A stretch of DNA of 64,000 nt, from positions 30,444,001 to 30,508,000 of the forward strand of contig NC_086108.1 of assembly GCF_963921235.1 (NCBI RefSeq). The letters run 5' to 3'. Source of the stretch: Mobula hypostoma (lineage: Eukaryota). The notes under the pieces are model-generated. The model was not told where the DNA came from and ran no database searches. It saw nothing but the letters and a program-made list of their open reading frames with translations. How positions within the stretch are numbered: the first letter of the stretch is position 1; each line of letters starts with the position of its first letter. The translations under genes and the position numbers were made by a program. Of this stretch, positions 37,733-50,839 are shown in pieces.

Positions 37733-40700
37733 ATGCTAATTGAATTGGTAAAAATAATTTCCTATAATGTTAATGGGGTTTTGAATCCAATTAAAAGAAA
37801 TAAGATTATGTCTAAATTGAAAAAAGAGAGGGCACAAATAGCTTTCCTCCAAGAAACAATACGAGCCAATCTGAACATGGAAAATTAAAAAGAATGGGCT
37901 TTAAGCATGTATTTTACTCATCATATAAATTGAGCCACAAAAGAGGGGTAGCTACTTTAATATCAAGTACTCTTAATTATGAACATATTTCAGAGACTAA
38001 AGACAAAGATGGAAGATTTGTAAAAATTACAGGAAGAATAGAAGGTACAGAAATAACATTGCTGAATGTTTAAGCTCCTCCAGGTTGTGAATGGTCATTT
38101 TATAGACACATTTTTGACCTAATGACCTAATGGTCAGTTCTTAAGGGGTAGTAATTTGTGGAGGGGATTTTAATATTAGATTAAATCCTATATTAGATTC
38201 TTCAAGGATAGTTACTCAGAATAAACCACTGACTCGGAAAATGAATTTATTGATGGAGGAGTTGGGAATTATAGATGTGCAGAGGGAATTACATCCCACT
38301 AGTAAAGATTATACACACTACTCTTTCCCTCATTCAGCCTATTCAAGGATAGACTATTTCTTTATCTTTAATACAGATAGACTCAGGATAAAAAACTGTA
38401 ATATTGCAACAATTGATCTGTCAGATCATAGCCCAGTCTCTATGTCTCTAATCCTGGAAAGGAAAATGAGGAAAACACTATGGAGGTTAAATTCACATAT
38501 ACTCAATAACCCAAAAGTAATGGAGAGATTAAGGGGAGAAATCAAAGAATACCTAGACCTTAATGACATGGGAGAAACATCACCAGTGATCTTATGGGAT
38601 ACATTGAAAGCGGTACTGAGAGGGAAAATTATTTCCATTACCACTCACATGAAAAAAATCAATGCACAAAAATTAACAGACCTTCAAGGAAAATTAAAAC
38701 AACTTCAAGTTGTAGATAGCAACAAAAGTAATTCAAATTTAAAACAGGAAATTAAGAAATTACAAAGTGAAATTGACGATATTTATACGTTGGAAACTCA
38801 AAGAAATTTTCTTTACCTGAGACAAAAGAATTATGAAGTAGGAGGTAAATCAGCTAGATTATTAGCATATAAATTACGAAAACAACAAGCAGACAATACA
38901 ATTCATAAAATAAAGAATCATATAAGGCTTGTGGAGAGTACAATAGGGAAAATTCAAGAGAATTTTGAAACATATTATTGAGAGCTGTACTCCCAACCCC
39001 GGGCCTCCAATGAGCCCTATATAGACAGTTTATTGAATTCTTTAGATCTACCTAAACTTACAGAATTACAAAATGAAAGTCTATTAGAACCAGTGACTGC
39101 CAAAGAACTGAATGTGGCCATCTCTAGGTTAAAGGCTGGAAAGTCCCCGGGTTCAGATGGGTTTACCTCAGAGTGGTACAAATCCCTGAAGTCACAGTTA
39201 GCCCCATTACTACTTAACACATTTAATTTGATCTTGCAGAGAAGAGAAACTCCACCTTCCTGGAGAGAAGCGATTATTTCATTATTCCTAAAGAGGGTAA
39301 AGATAAACTAGAAGGTGGCAATTATCGGCCAATTAGTGTTCTTAATTTAGATTACAAACTATTTACATCTATATTAGCGCGCAGATTGGAAAAGCTCTTA
39401 CCTGGCCTAATCCACTTAGACCAGACTGGATTGATTCAACAAAGACAAACACAGGACAACGTAAGGAGAACTCTACACATATTAGAACAGGTTAATAAGA
39501 ACGAGACAGAGACAATGGTAGTAGGATTAGATGCTGAGAAAGCTTTTGATTCGATTAGTTGGGCATTCCTATACAGAGTGTTAGGAAGATTCGGTTTTCA
39601 AGAAAAGTTTATTAAAGTAATTCAGACTCTATATGACAGCCCTACAGCTCGAATTAAGATAAATGGGGACCTCTTTGACTCCTTTATTTTAGAGAGAGGC
39701 ACTAGACAGGGATGCCCAATTTCTCCTCTCCTTTTTTGCGCTATATATTGAACCACTTGCCCAACTAATAAGACAGAGCGAAATCGTAAGAGGTATCAAG
39801 GTGGCAGGGATTGAACAGAAAGTGGCGTTATTCGCAGATGATGTTTTGGTCTAGCTGAGTGAACCAGAAAAATCATTTATAGAATTGTTTACACAGTTGG
39901 ATGACTTTGGGAAAATATCAGGTTATAAAATAAATGTAAAGGAAACGCAGGTTATGTCCCTAAATTATACACCATCCAAAAAATTGCAGGATACATATGA
40001 TCTTAAGTGGGAAGCTAAATCATTAAAATATTTAGGAATAACCCTGCCGAAGGATCTTTCGACGCTGTCACAGGTAAATTATGGGCCATTGATCTCAGAG
40101 ATAAAAGCAGATATGCATAGATGGAATCTTATCCCCTTTTTATGTTTAAATTCAAGGATAAATACTATAAAAATGAATATTCTTTCTCGGTTACTGTATC
40201 TTTTCCGTACTTTACCTGTGGAAGTGGATGATAATAATTCAGGGAATGGGACAAATTCATTTCCCGCTTCAGTTGGCAAGGAAAGAAACCTAGAATTCGA
40301 TATAACACCTTACAGTTAGGGAAGGAAGGAGGAGGTATGGTTCTTCCTTGCCTGAGAAATTATTTTTATGCCTCACAGATAACCCCTCTGTTATATTGGT
40401 GCAATAGGGAATATAAGGCTAGATGGAAGGAAATAGAATTTGGATTGGTTGACAATTTTCCTCTATAGGCCTCAATAGCTGACAAAGGATTGATGGCCCA
40501 ATTGGAAAAAATTAAAAACAGTTGGATAAATCTTACATTAAAAGTATGGCAGAAGGTGGTTAATTCATGTGGAATTAATAACATGTTAAAACTCTTCAGA
40601 TGGTGTGCATATGTTACTGAATTCCTTCCCAACAGAGGAGATAAAAGATTTGAACTATGGATAAAGAAAGGTCTTACAATCTACCTCTCATTTATACATA

Positions 40701-41524
40701 AAAGAGTATTACAAAGTTTCCAAATCCTGCAGGACAAACATGGCCTAGAACACAATGACTTTTTTAGGTACCTTCAAGTACAAAATTATGTTAACCAGAG
40801 TTGTAGATATACAGACCTATCAACAGTAGAATTAGAATTTTTCAAGATTCTTAATTCGGCTTGCGGTTCAATACCTAGTAAATCAGTTTCTCGATTATAT
40901 AATGCACTCTCCCATGCTAAAAATGTGAACACATTGTATATTAAAGAGAAGTGGGAGAAAGAAGCGGGGTTGGTACTTTCAGAGGAGGCTTGGGGGACAA
41001 TATGCAGCTTTCAGTGGTCTTCGACTAATTCTTTGACTTGGAGAGAACAATGTTGGAAAAATATTATAAGATACTTCAAGACCCCATATCAGGAAAAATA
41101 TAAAGATACAAACGTGACGTGTTGGAGAAGGTGCGGCTCCAAGGAGGCAAATTATTTCCATATTTTCTGGGATTGTCCTAAATTAAGTCTATATTGGGAA
41201 GGTATTCATAGAACATTAGTTAAGATACTTAGGACCCAGATACCTCTGAACTTTGAGACGCTCTATTTGGGGCATGTATTGTTCCTTGAACAGAAGGAAG
41301 ACGTAAAATTGCTGTAGGCCCTTTTAGTGGCAAGTAAGAAATCAATCACTAGAAAGTGGCTAAATCCAATACCACCTACATTAGAAGACTGGCACGAAAT
41401 TATCTTGGAAATATTTAAAATGGAAAAGTTGACTTACTCGCTGAGAATTCAAAAAGAAAATTTTTATCAAATCTGGAATAAATGGATTGAATATATAACC
41501 CCAATGCGAGCAGACTTTAGATGA
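37733..41524 (+). pseudogene. L1 ORF2 (APE endonuclease, RT, CCHC) with several stops and frameshifts
   Basis: [68 protein letters not shown]. Confidence 0.92.
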
Positions 41525-41822
41525 CTCTCCTAATGATTTATACTGCTCTTCTCATCAACACAGTAATATTGCTAACGTAAGCACCCCTAGTCTAAATGTT
41601 TACTGTTTTTGTTTTTTTTCTGGAAAATAGAGAATTAATACAAGTAAAGGAAAAGATTTAGGTAAGGGATAAAAAATGATAAAATTAAGTAAATAAGTAC
41701 ATAGGGATTGGATAATTATGTTTGGGGGCAGGAGCAAGCATGAACAAGTTAGGATATAAACAACACACATCAAAGTTGCTGGTGGATGCAGCAGGCTAGG
41801 CAGCATCTCTAGGAAGAGGTAC

Positions 41823-41858
41823 AGTCGACGTTTCAGGCCGAGACCCTTCATCAGGACT
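41823..41858 (-). ncRNA. Minimal type I hammerhead ribozyme motif
   Basis: AGTC-CTGATGA-AGGgtctcggCCT-GAAA-CG-TC-GACT. Confidence 0.8.
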
Positions 41859-43598
41859 AACTGAAGGAAGAGTGAGTAAGAGATTTGAAAGTTGGAGGGG
41901 GAGGGGGAGATCCAAAATGATAGGAGAAGACAGGAGGGGGAGGGATAGAGCCGAGAGCTGGACAGGTGATAGGCAAAAGGGGATACGAGAGGATCATGGG
42001 ACAGGAGGTCCGGGGAGAAAGACAAGGAGTGGGGGGGGAACCCAGAGGATGGGCAAGGGGTATATTCAGAGGGACAGAGGGAGAAAAAGGAGAGTGAGAG
42101 AAAGAATGTGTGTATAAAAATAAGTAACAGATGGGGTACGAAGGGGAGGTGGAGAATTAGCGGAAGTTGGAGAAGCCGATGTTCATGCCATTAGGTTGGA
42201 GGCTACCCAGACGGAATATAAGGTGTTGTTCCTCCAACCTGAGTGTGGCTTCATCTTTACAGTAGAGGAGGCCGTGGATAGACATGTCAGAATGGGAATG
42301 GGATGTGGAATTAAAATGTGTGGCCACTGGGAGATCCTGCTTTCTCTGGCGGACAGAGCGTAGGTGTTCAGCAAAGCGGTCTCCCAGTCTGCGTCGGGTC
42401 TCACCAATATATAAAAGGCCACATCGGGAGCACTGGACGCAGTATATCACCCCAGCCGACTCACAGGTGAAGTGTCGCCTCACCTGCAAGGACTGTTTGG
42501 GGCCCTGAATGGTGGTAAGGAAGGAAGTGTAAGGGCATGTGTAGCACTTGTTCCGCTTACACGGATAAGTGCCAGGAGGGAGATCAGTGGGGAGGGATGG
42601 GGGGTATGAATGGATGAGGGAGTCGCGTAGGGAGCGATCCCTGCGGAAAGCGGTGGGGGGGAGGGAAAGATGTGCTTAGTGGTGGGATCCCATTGGAGGT
42701 GGCGGAAGTTACGGAGAATAATATGTCGGTCCCGGAGGCTGGTGGGGTGGTAGGTGAGGACCAGGGGAACCCTATTCCTAGTGGGGTGGCGGGAGGATTG
42801 AGTGCGAGCAGATGTACGTGAAATGGGGGAGATGCGTTTAAGAGCAGAGTAGATAGTGGAGGAAGGGAAGCCCCTTTCTTTAAAAAAGGAGGACATCTCC
42901 CTCGTCCTAGAATGAAAAGCCTCATCCTGAGAGCAGATGCGGCAGAGACGGAGGAATTGCGAGAAGGGGATGGCGTTTTTGCAAGAGACAGGGTGAGAAG
43001 AGGAATAGTCCAGATAGCTGTGAGAGTCAGTAGGCTTATAGTGGACATCAGTGGAGATGTCCTTAAAGTGGAGCCCCTTAAAGAAAGGGGCTTCCCTTCC
43101 TCCACTATCTGCTCTGCTCTTAAACGCATCTCCCCCATTTCACGTACATCTGCTCTCACTCCATCCTCCCATTCTGACATGTCTATCCACGGCCTCCTCT
43201 ACTGTAAAGATGAAGCCACACTTAGGTGGGAGGAACAACACCTTATATTCCGTCTGGGTAGCCTCCAAACTGATGGAATGTACATCGACTTCTCTAACTT
43301 CCGCTAATGCCCCACCTCCCCCTCGTACCCCATCTGTTACTTATTTTTATACACGCATTCTTTCTCTCACTCTCCTTTTTCTCCCTCTGTCCCTCTGAAT
43401 ATACCCTTGCCCATCCTCTGGGTTCCCCCCCCCCGTCTTTCTTCCTGGACCTCCTGTCCCATGATCCTCTCGTATCCCTTTTGCCAATCACCTGTCCAGC
43501 TCTTGGCTCCATCCCTCCCCCTCCTGTCTTCTCCTATCATTTTGGATCTCCCCCTCCCCCTCCAACTTTCAAATCTCTTACTCACTCTTCCTTCAGTT

Positions 43599-43634
43599 AG
43601 TCCTGATGAAGGGTCTCGGCCTGAAACGTCGACT
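43599..43634 (+). ncRNA. Minimal type I hammerhead ribozyme motif
   Basis: Identical 36-mer to 41823-41858: helix I AGUC/GACU, CUGAUGA, helix II, GAAA, ACGU palindrome, GUC cleavage triplet. Confidence 0.8.
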
Positions 43635-44954
43635 GTACCTCTTCCTAGAGATGCTGCCTGGCCTGCTGCGTTCACCAGCAACTTTGATGTATGTTGCTTG
43701 AATTTCCAGCATCTGCAGAATTCCTGTTATTAGGATATAAACACCTACAATGGTTGTTACATAGGCTTACATACAACATTTTGGACCAGAAGAAGTGATC
43801 CAGAAGAGATATATGGAAACTATTACTAATCCACTATTATTACTACTTTTCTTAACAATTAATTCCATTACTTAGCCTAATAGATTAGAATTTCTACTGT
43901 ACATAATATCTATTTAAGTGTCTAATTTCTTTTTATATCATCTCAATGTGTACTTAAGAATGTATAAATAATTATAGTTTTATACATATAAAAAATGGAA
44001 AAGGTTATACATGTGAAAAAGTACATGATACCTGTGAATTCCTTATCCAAATAAAAATAAAAAATTTTAAAAAATTTAAAAAAAGGAAATGTCTAACTCC
44101 AGAGGACATGCATTGGAGGTGAGAGGGAGTAGGTTCAAGGGGGATGTGAGGGTAAGTTTTTACTCAGAGAGTCATGGAGATCTGGAATGGTGGTAGAGGC
44201 AAATACCTCAGAGGCTTTTAAGAGACGTTTGAACAGGCACGTGGGTATAAGATATATGGAGAGATATATGATGTAGGTAGGAGGGATTAGTGTTTGGGAG
44301 TTTGTGATTTGCACTTTAGCTAGTTCGGCACAACGTTTTTATTGTCATGCTGTACTGTTCTATGTTAACAATGAGGCTTCTCCCCTCCACCTGCAGATTC
44401 CTGCACAGTGCATGAACCCATGAACACTACCTCATTTTTCGTCTTTTACTCACCTTTTGTACTATTCTGTTAGTTTGTAAATTATGGTAATTTTTATGAC
44501 TTGCACTGTACTGCTGCTGCTTAATGATAAATTTCACAATGTACGTCAGTGATAATAAAACCTAATTCTGATTCAGAGAAATGAACCAACAATTTCGTAG
44601 GAATGCTCTGCTCCAAATGTAATGAAATATGATGGAGCAATCTTTAAAGGTGAATGAATACCTTATTCTTTAGCAAAGATTAACACAAATGGAAGGGAGA
44701 AACAAAATGAAAACAAATGTGGGACCTGTAGAAGTATAGGGTTAATGTAGGATTAGTGTAAATAGGTGGTGATGGTACTCGGGGGCGGGGGGGCAGTTGA
44801 AATGCTAGTTTCCCATGCTGTTTGACTCTTTTACCTATCTCTGTCTCATTCACCAGACCTCAGTTCCTTCGCCATACTAAATCTAAAGATGTGCTTGTGG
44901 GTTAGTAGACTGCTGTAAATTACCCTTGGTGTTAGTAAGTAGCAAAAGAATCAA

Positions 44955-46310
44955 AGGGGCATTGATGGACCTGTGTGAGATAGGGACCGTGGGCATGTGA
45001 GAGAAAAGGGCGTTGTGGGCATGTGTGAGATAGGGGCATTGTGGGCATATGTGAGAAAGCTGTACATGTGTGAGTTAGGGGCATTGTGGGTGTGCGTGAG
45101 AAAAGGGCGTTGTGGGCATGTGCGAGATGGGGGCATTGTGGGCATGTGTGAGATGGAGACATTGTGGGCGTGTGTGAGAAAAGGGCATTGTGGGTGTGCG
45201 TGAGAAAAGGGCGTTGTGGGCATGTGCGAGATGGGGGCATTGTGGGCATGTGTGAGATGGAGACATTGTGGGCGTGTGTGAGAAAAGGGCATTGTGGGTG
45301 TGTGTGAGATAGGGACTGTGGGCATGTGAGAGAAAAGGGCATTGTGGGCGTGTGTGAGAAAGGGGCATTGTGGGTGTGTGCGAGAAAGGGGCATTGTGGG
45401 CGTGTGTGAGAAAAGGGCATTGTGGGTGTGTGTGAGATAGGGACTGTGGGCATGTGAGAGAAAAGGGCATTGTGGGCGTGTGTGAGAAAGGGGCATTGTG
45501 GGTGTGCGTGAGAAAAGGGCGTTGTGGGCATGTGCGAGATGGGGGCATTGTGGGCATGTGTGAGATGGAGACATTGTGGGCGTGTGTGAGAAAAGGGCAT
45601 TGTGGGTGTGTGTGAGATAGGGACTGTGGGCATGTGAGAGAAAAGGGCATTGTGGGCGTGTGTGAGAAAGGGGCATTGTGGGTGTGTGCGAGAAAGGGGC
45701 ATTGTGGGCGTGTGTGAGAAAAGGGCATTGTGGGTGTGTGTGAGATAGGGACTGTGGGCATGTGAGAGAAAAGGGCATTGTGGGCGTGTGTGAGAAAGGG
45801 GCATTGTGGGTGTGTGCGAGAAAGGGGCATTGTGGGCGTGTGTGAGATAGGGGCATTGTGGGTGTGTGCAAGAAAAGGACATTGTGGGTGTGTGCGAGAA
45901 AAGGACATTGTGGGCATGTGCGAGATGGGGGCATTGTGGGCATGTGTGAGATGGAGACATTGTGGGCGTGTGTGAGAAAAGTGCATTGTGGGTGTGTGTG
46001 AGATAGGGACTGTGGGCATGTGAGAGAAAAGGGCATTGTGGGCGTGTGTGAGAAAGGGGCATTGTGGGTGTGTGCGAGAAAGGGGCATTGTGGGCGTGTG
46101 TGAGATAGGGGCATTGTGGGTGTGTGCAAGAAAAGGACATTGTGGGTGTGTGCGAGAAAAGGACATTGTGGGCGTGTGCGAGATAGAGGCATTGTGGGCG
46201 TGTGCGAGATAGGGACATTGTGGGCATGTGTGAGAAAGCTGGGCATGTGTGAAGTAGGGGCATTGATGGGCATGGAGAAAGATGAGCATGTGCGAGAATG
46301 GGGCATTGGT
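44955..46310 (+). repeat. G-rich minisatellite, 26-bp unit GGGCATTGTGGGCGTGTGTGAGAAAA, about 50 copies
   Basis: Direct reading; variant monomers recur at 128-bp spacing (45287 to 45415, 45595 to 45723). Confidence 0.95.
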
Positions 46311-46675
46311 GGTGGTTGTTTATATGCTATGCAACCATGTTAAAGGTGAAATCGAAACTGTATAAAACATATGAGCTATGTTGCACTGCTGCATTATCAC
46401 TACACAAGATCTTCCCTTCCAATGCAAAATATCTACAATTAAAGCAGTGACCAGAGAGTTTCAGGTACCTTGCAAAACTAAATGGCCTGATTATTTAGAA
46501 GCAAGGAGTCTAACTTTATTATCACTTTGTAATGTAAAGGTCTCCATCTTTTTTTATTTCCTTCAGTTAGGTTGTTCTTTCTCTTTATCAAATGCTTAGT
46601 GCAGAATTGTGAATGAGTGGTGAAAATAAGTTACAGTTTAACCACAAGATCCCATAAATGAAGAATTAGAAGCAG

Positions 46676-47458
46676 AAACATAGAAAACCTACAGAACAAT
46701 ACAGGCCCTTCGGCCCGCAGAGTTGTGCCAAACATGTCCCTACCTTAGAAATTACTAGGCTTACCGATAGCTCTCTATTTTACTAAGCTCCATGTACTGT
46801 ACCTATCTAAAAGTCTCTTAAAAGACCCTATTGTATCCGCTTCCACCACCGTTGCTGGCAGCCCATTCCACACACTCACTACTCTCTGAGTAAAAAACTT
46901 ACCCCTGACGTCTCCTCTGTACCTACACCCAAGCACTTTAAACCTGCGTCCTCTTATGGCAACCATTTCAGCCTTGGGAAAAAGCCTCTGACTATCCACA
47001 CGATCAATGCCTCTCATCATCTTATACACCTCTATCAGGTCACCTCTCATCCTCCGTCGCTCCAAGGAGAAAAGGCCCAGTTCACTCAACCTATTCTCAT
47101 AAGGCATGCTCCCCAATCCAGGCAACATCCTTGTAAATCTCCTCTGCACCCTTTCTATGGCTTCCACATCCTTCCTGTAGTGAGGCGACCAGAACTGAGC
47201 ACAGTACTCCAAGTGGGGTCTGACCAGTGTCCTATATAGCTGCAACCTTACCTCTCGGCTCCTAAATTCAATTCCACAATTGATGAAGGCCAATACACCG
47301 TACGCCTTCTTAACCACAGAGTCAACCTGCGCAGCTGCTTTGAGCATCCTATGTACTCAGACCCCAAGATCCCTCTGATCCTCCACACTGCCAAGAGTCT
47401 TACCATTAATACTATATTCTGCCATCATATTTGACCTATCAAAATGAACCACTTCACA
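46676..47458 (-). mobile_element. CR1 3' fragment
   Basis: 190-aa ORF with VRPHLEYCAQFWSP..FFTQRVV; 3' hairpin and tail. Confidence 0.88.
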
Positions 47459-48454
47459 ACAATTGACTTATTATTGGTTATAGCCAGACTCAGGTGACTC
47501 TGTCTGGTTTGTGGGTGTTCTATATTTCCTTGTGCATAGATTTTATTGCTTTATGAGAGATTTTATTCAACTAAAATATAAAGATGATGTTTACAGTTAA
47601 AAATATTTCCATTTACTCTATTTATAGTAGATATGGTTGGCCATTGTTTTTAACTTCAAAATCTTATGGTTACTTCAAATGAATACTGGATAATATAGAA
47701 TGTTGTGTTTGTGAGAAAAAGACAAAGAAGCAGCCTTAATAATGATTTAAGTGTGTTATTTATATAAGGGCATTACAATCACAGTGGCAGGCAATCAAAT
47801 TATTGCATTGCCTTTAGTTCAAAGTTCACAGTAAATTTGTTATCAATATACATATATATCACCATATACAAGCCTGAGGTTCATTTTCTTGCAGCTATAT
47901 TCTATCAACCCATAATAGAATAATTACCATAATAGAATCAATGAAAAACCAGATCAATGTGGGCACTTAATCAATGTGCAAAAGACAACAAACTGCGCAA
48001 ATACAAAAAAGGACAAGCGATAATAATAAATGAATAAGCAATATCGAGATCATGATGAAGAATCCTTGAAGGTGAGTCCATCGGTTGTGAGAACATTTCA
48101 ATGATGGCCCAAGTGCAATTGAGTGAAGTTGTCCAATTTAGTTCAAAAGCCTAATGGCTGGGGGGTAATAACTGTTCCTGAACCTGGTGGTGTGTGTCCT
48201 GAGGCTCCTGTAGCTCCTTTCTGATGGCATCTGTGCTTGGGTGGTGGGGGTCCCTGATGATGGATGCTGCTTTCCTGCGACAGTGTTTCATGTAGATGTG
48301 CTCATAGGTATGGGGGAGGGGTGCTGATGGACTTGGCTGTATCCGCTACTTTTTGTAGGATTTTCCATTCAAAGGCATTGGTGTTTCCATACCAGACTGT
48401 GATGCAGCCAGTCAATATACTCTCCATCACACATCTATGAAAGTTTGTCAAAAT

Positions 48455-49072
48455 TTAGATTATGAAGACACGTAGTCCCCTTTTATTGTCATTTAGTAAT
48501 GCATGCATTAAGAAATGATACATCATTTCCTCTGGTGTGATATCACAAAACACAGGACAAACCAAGACTGAAAAAAAACTGACAAATCCACATAATTATA
48601 CATATAGTTACAACAGTGCACAATACCACAACTTGATGAAGAAGTCCATGAGCACAGTAAAGTTCAAAGTTTCTCAAATGTCCCACATCTCACGCAGTCG
48701 GGAGAGGGAAGAAAAACTCTCCCTGCCATGCCGACCACAATCCGACTCCGAGTCATCCGAAAACTTCTGATCAGCACTCCGACACCGTCTACTGAGCGCC
48801 ATCTCTGTCCGAGCGATTTGACCTCTTTCTCGGTCGCCAAAAGCAGGCAAGGCCGGAGATTTTGAGGCCTACCCTCCGAAAGATTCCCGACCACACAGTA
48901 ACAACAGCGGGGAACAGGCATTTCAGAAATTTCCCCAGATGTTCCTCTGTGATTTAACGTCCATTCTCCATCAAATCAGAATTGTCCACGGCCCCTATTT
49001 AACAGATATGACATCATTTTTCACCGGAGAGCTGCACGCGCGCGGCGCGCTGCCATCTTCTCCTCCCGCCTT
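48455..49072 (-). mobile_element. Non-autonomous retroposon copy B, longest, with GC-rich 5' end
   Basis: Starts AAGGCGGGAGGAGAAGATGGC on minus; AAATTTA(A)GAT at both junctions. Confidence 0.75.
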
Positions 49073-49377
49073 AAATTTAAGATGTCATGCTGAATCTTTG
49101 CAAACTCCTAAGGAAGTGTAGGTGCTGCCATGCTTGCTTCATAATTCTCATGCTTTCCTGGGCCCAGGACAAGTCCTCTGAAATGGTAACACCAAGGAAT
49201 TTAAAGTTGCTCATCCTTTCCACCTCTGATCCTCTGATGAGGACTTGCTCATGGGACCTCTGGTTTCCTCCTCCTGAAGTCAATAATCACCTCCTTGGTC
49301 TTGCTGACATTGAGTAAGAAGCTATTGTTGTAGCACCACTCAGCCAGATTTTTGATCTCCCTCCTATATGCTGATTT

Positions 49378-49785
49378 GCGGGGTTGAAGCGCTCGGCAGA
49401 GATGGTGCTCAGTGCTTGGTGTCAGAGAGCTGGTCGGAGGCTCGGAGTTTTCGGACGGACTCGGAGTCGGACTGTGGTCGGATGCTTCCAGGACGCTGCA
49501 TCGACAAGTTGGAGGCTCACCATCTGCGTGAGATAATGGGACTTTCGAGAGACTTTGAGACTTTTTACCATGTCCATGGTCTGTTCTTTATCAAATTACG
49601 GTATTGCTTTGCACTGTTGTAGCTATATGTTATAATTATGTGGTTTTTGTCAGTTTTTCAGTTGGTTTGTCACGTGTTTCTGTGATATCATTCTGGAGAA
49701 ACATTGTATCATTTCTTAATGCATGCATTATTAAATGACAATAAAGGAGGATTGCGTTTCCTCATAATCTAATCTAATCTAATTT
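49378..49785 (+). mobile_element. Non-autonomous retroposon copy C
   Basis: Ends AAATGACAATAAA, GAGGA..TCCTC hairpin, (AATCT)n. Confidence 0.75.
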
Positions 49786-50839
49786 ATCCACTTTTGATTC
49801 AGTCTCCAATGGTGGTGTCATCAGAAAACTTGAATATGGTATTGGAGCTGTGCTTAGCCATACAGTCATAAGTGTAAAGCAAGTAGAGCAGGGGGCTGAG
49901 CACACAGACTTGAAGTACAACTGTGTTGATGGAGATTATGCAGGAGATGTTGTTGCCATTCTGAACTGACTGGGGTCTGCTAGTGAGGAAATCCAGGATC
50001 CAATTGCACAAGGAGGTATTGAGGCCAAGGTCTTGGAGTTTGTTGATTAGTTTTGAGGGGATGATGATGTTGAATGCTCAGCTGTAGTCAATGAAGTACA
50101 TCCTGATGTATGCATCTTTGCTGTCCAGATATTCCAGGATTGAGTGAAGAACCAATGAGGTGGCATCTGTAGTGGGCGTGTTGCTCTGGTTGGCAAATTG
50201 GAGTGGATCCAAGTCACTTCTTGGGCAGAGGTTGATATGTTTCATCACCAACCTCTCAAAACACATCATCGCTGTGTGTGTAAATGCTGCTGGATGACAG
50301 TCGTTGAGGCAGGTTACTACATTCTTCTCAGGCACCAGTATAATTTGAAGCCAGCTTGAAGCAGGGGGGTACCTCAGACTGCTGAAGCGAGAGGTTAAAG
50401 ATACTGAGGAACACTCTGGTCAGTTGATCAGCACAGATTTTTAATACTTGGCCCTGTACCCTGTCTTGGCTGGATGCTTTTTGTGGGTTCACCTCCTTGA
50501 AGGCTGCTCACATGCTGGCCTCAGAGACTGAAGTCACATATGGCATACTCTGAAAACTAGATCAACAGAAACTCTGCAGTACAGAAAAACCTCTGTAGGG
50601 TTAGTTCAAAAAAAGTTCTCATTTTTGTTTCATATGAGAAAGTGCTGATTTGTAGATTGATTACCCTAGATTCACAGGAAAAAACAGCCTTCAAGTTTAA
50701 ATGCGTCAATTTACGCAGAGCCACAAACTTAAATGTCACTTTAACTCAAATAAATCTAGTTTCAGAGTACGTCATCTTGTTGAACTAAACCTCAAGTTGG
50801 AGAGGTGTGTCCAGAAGAAGGTTCTGATTCTCTTCTGCC

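Larger units (their letters stand above)
41763..43729. mobile_element. Penelope-like element with inverted arms (minus arm 41763 to about 43050, plus arm about 43070-43729)
   Basis: GIY-YIG ORF VIYCVQCSRCGLLYIGET (42157-42489, minus); about 530-bp inverted repeat; 14-bp TSD TTAGGATATAAACA at 41749-41762 and 43730-43743. Confidence 0.93.
36248..44084 (+). mobile_element. Full-length L1 (LINE-1 clade) retrotransposon with a Penelope insertion in its 3' UTR
   Basis: 16-bp TSD GGAAATGTCTAACTCC at 36232-36247 and 44085-44100; ORF1, ORF2, AATAAA and A-rich tail. Confidence 0.95.
35318..44330 (+). mobile_element. Old CR1 RT fragment split by the L1 insertion
   Basis: KLADDTKIGG and VRPHLQYCIQLWSP; continues after 44100 with RGHALEVRG. 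Confidence 0.8.
47817..50540 (-). mobile_element. Rex1/Babar LINE fragment with two short-element insertions
   Basis: [52 protein letters not shown]. Confidence 0.85.

Noticed and set aside
37501..37743. Extra ORF between L1 ORF1 and ORF2
   Set aside because: 80 aa with no recognisable motif; expected by chance in the inter-ORF spacer
44932..46306. Three 400+ aa His/Pro/Thr-rich ORFs
   Set aside because: Artefact of the stop-free minisatellite read in all three minus frames
44955..46310. CRISPR-like array
   Set aside because: Units are contiguous with no unique spacers, no cas genes, and the context is eukaryotic
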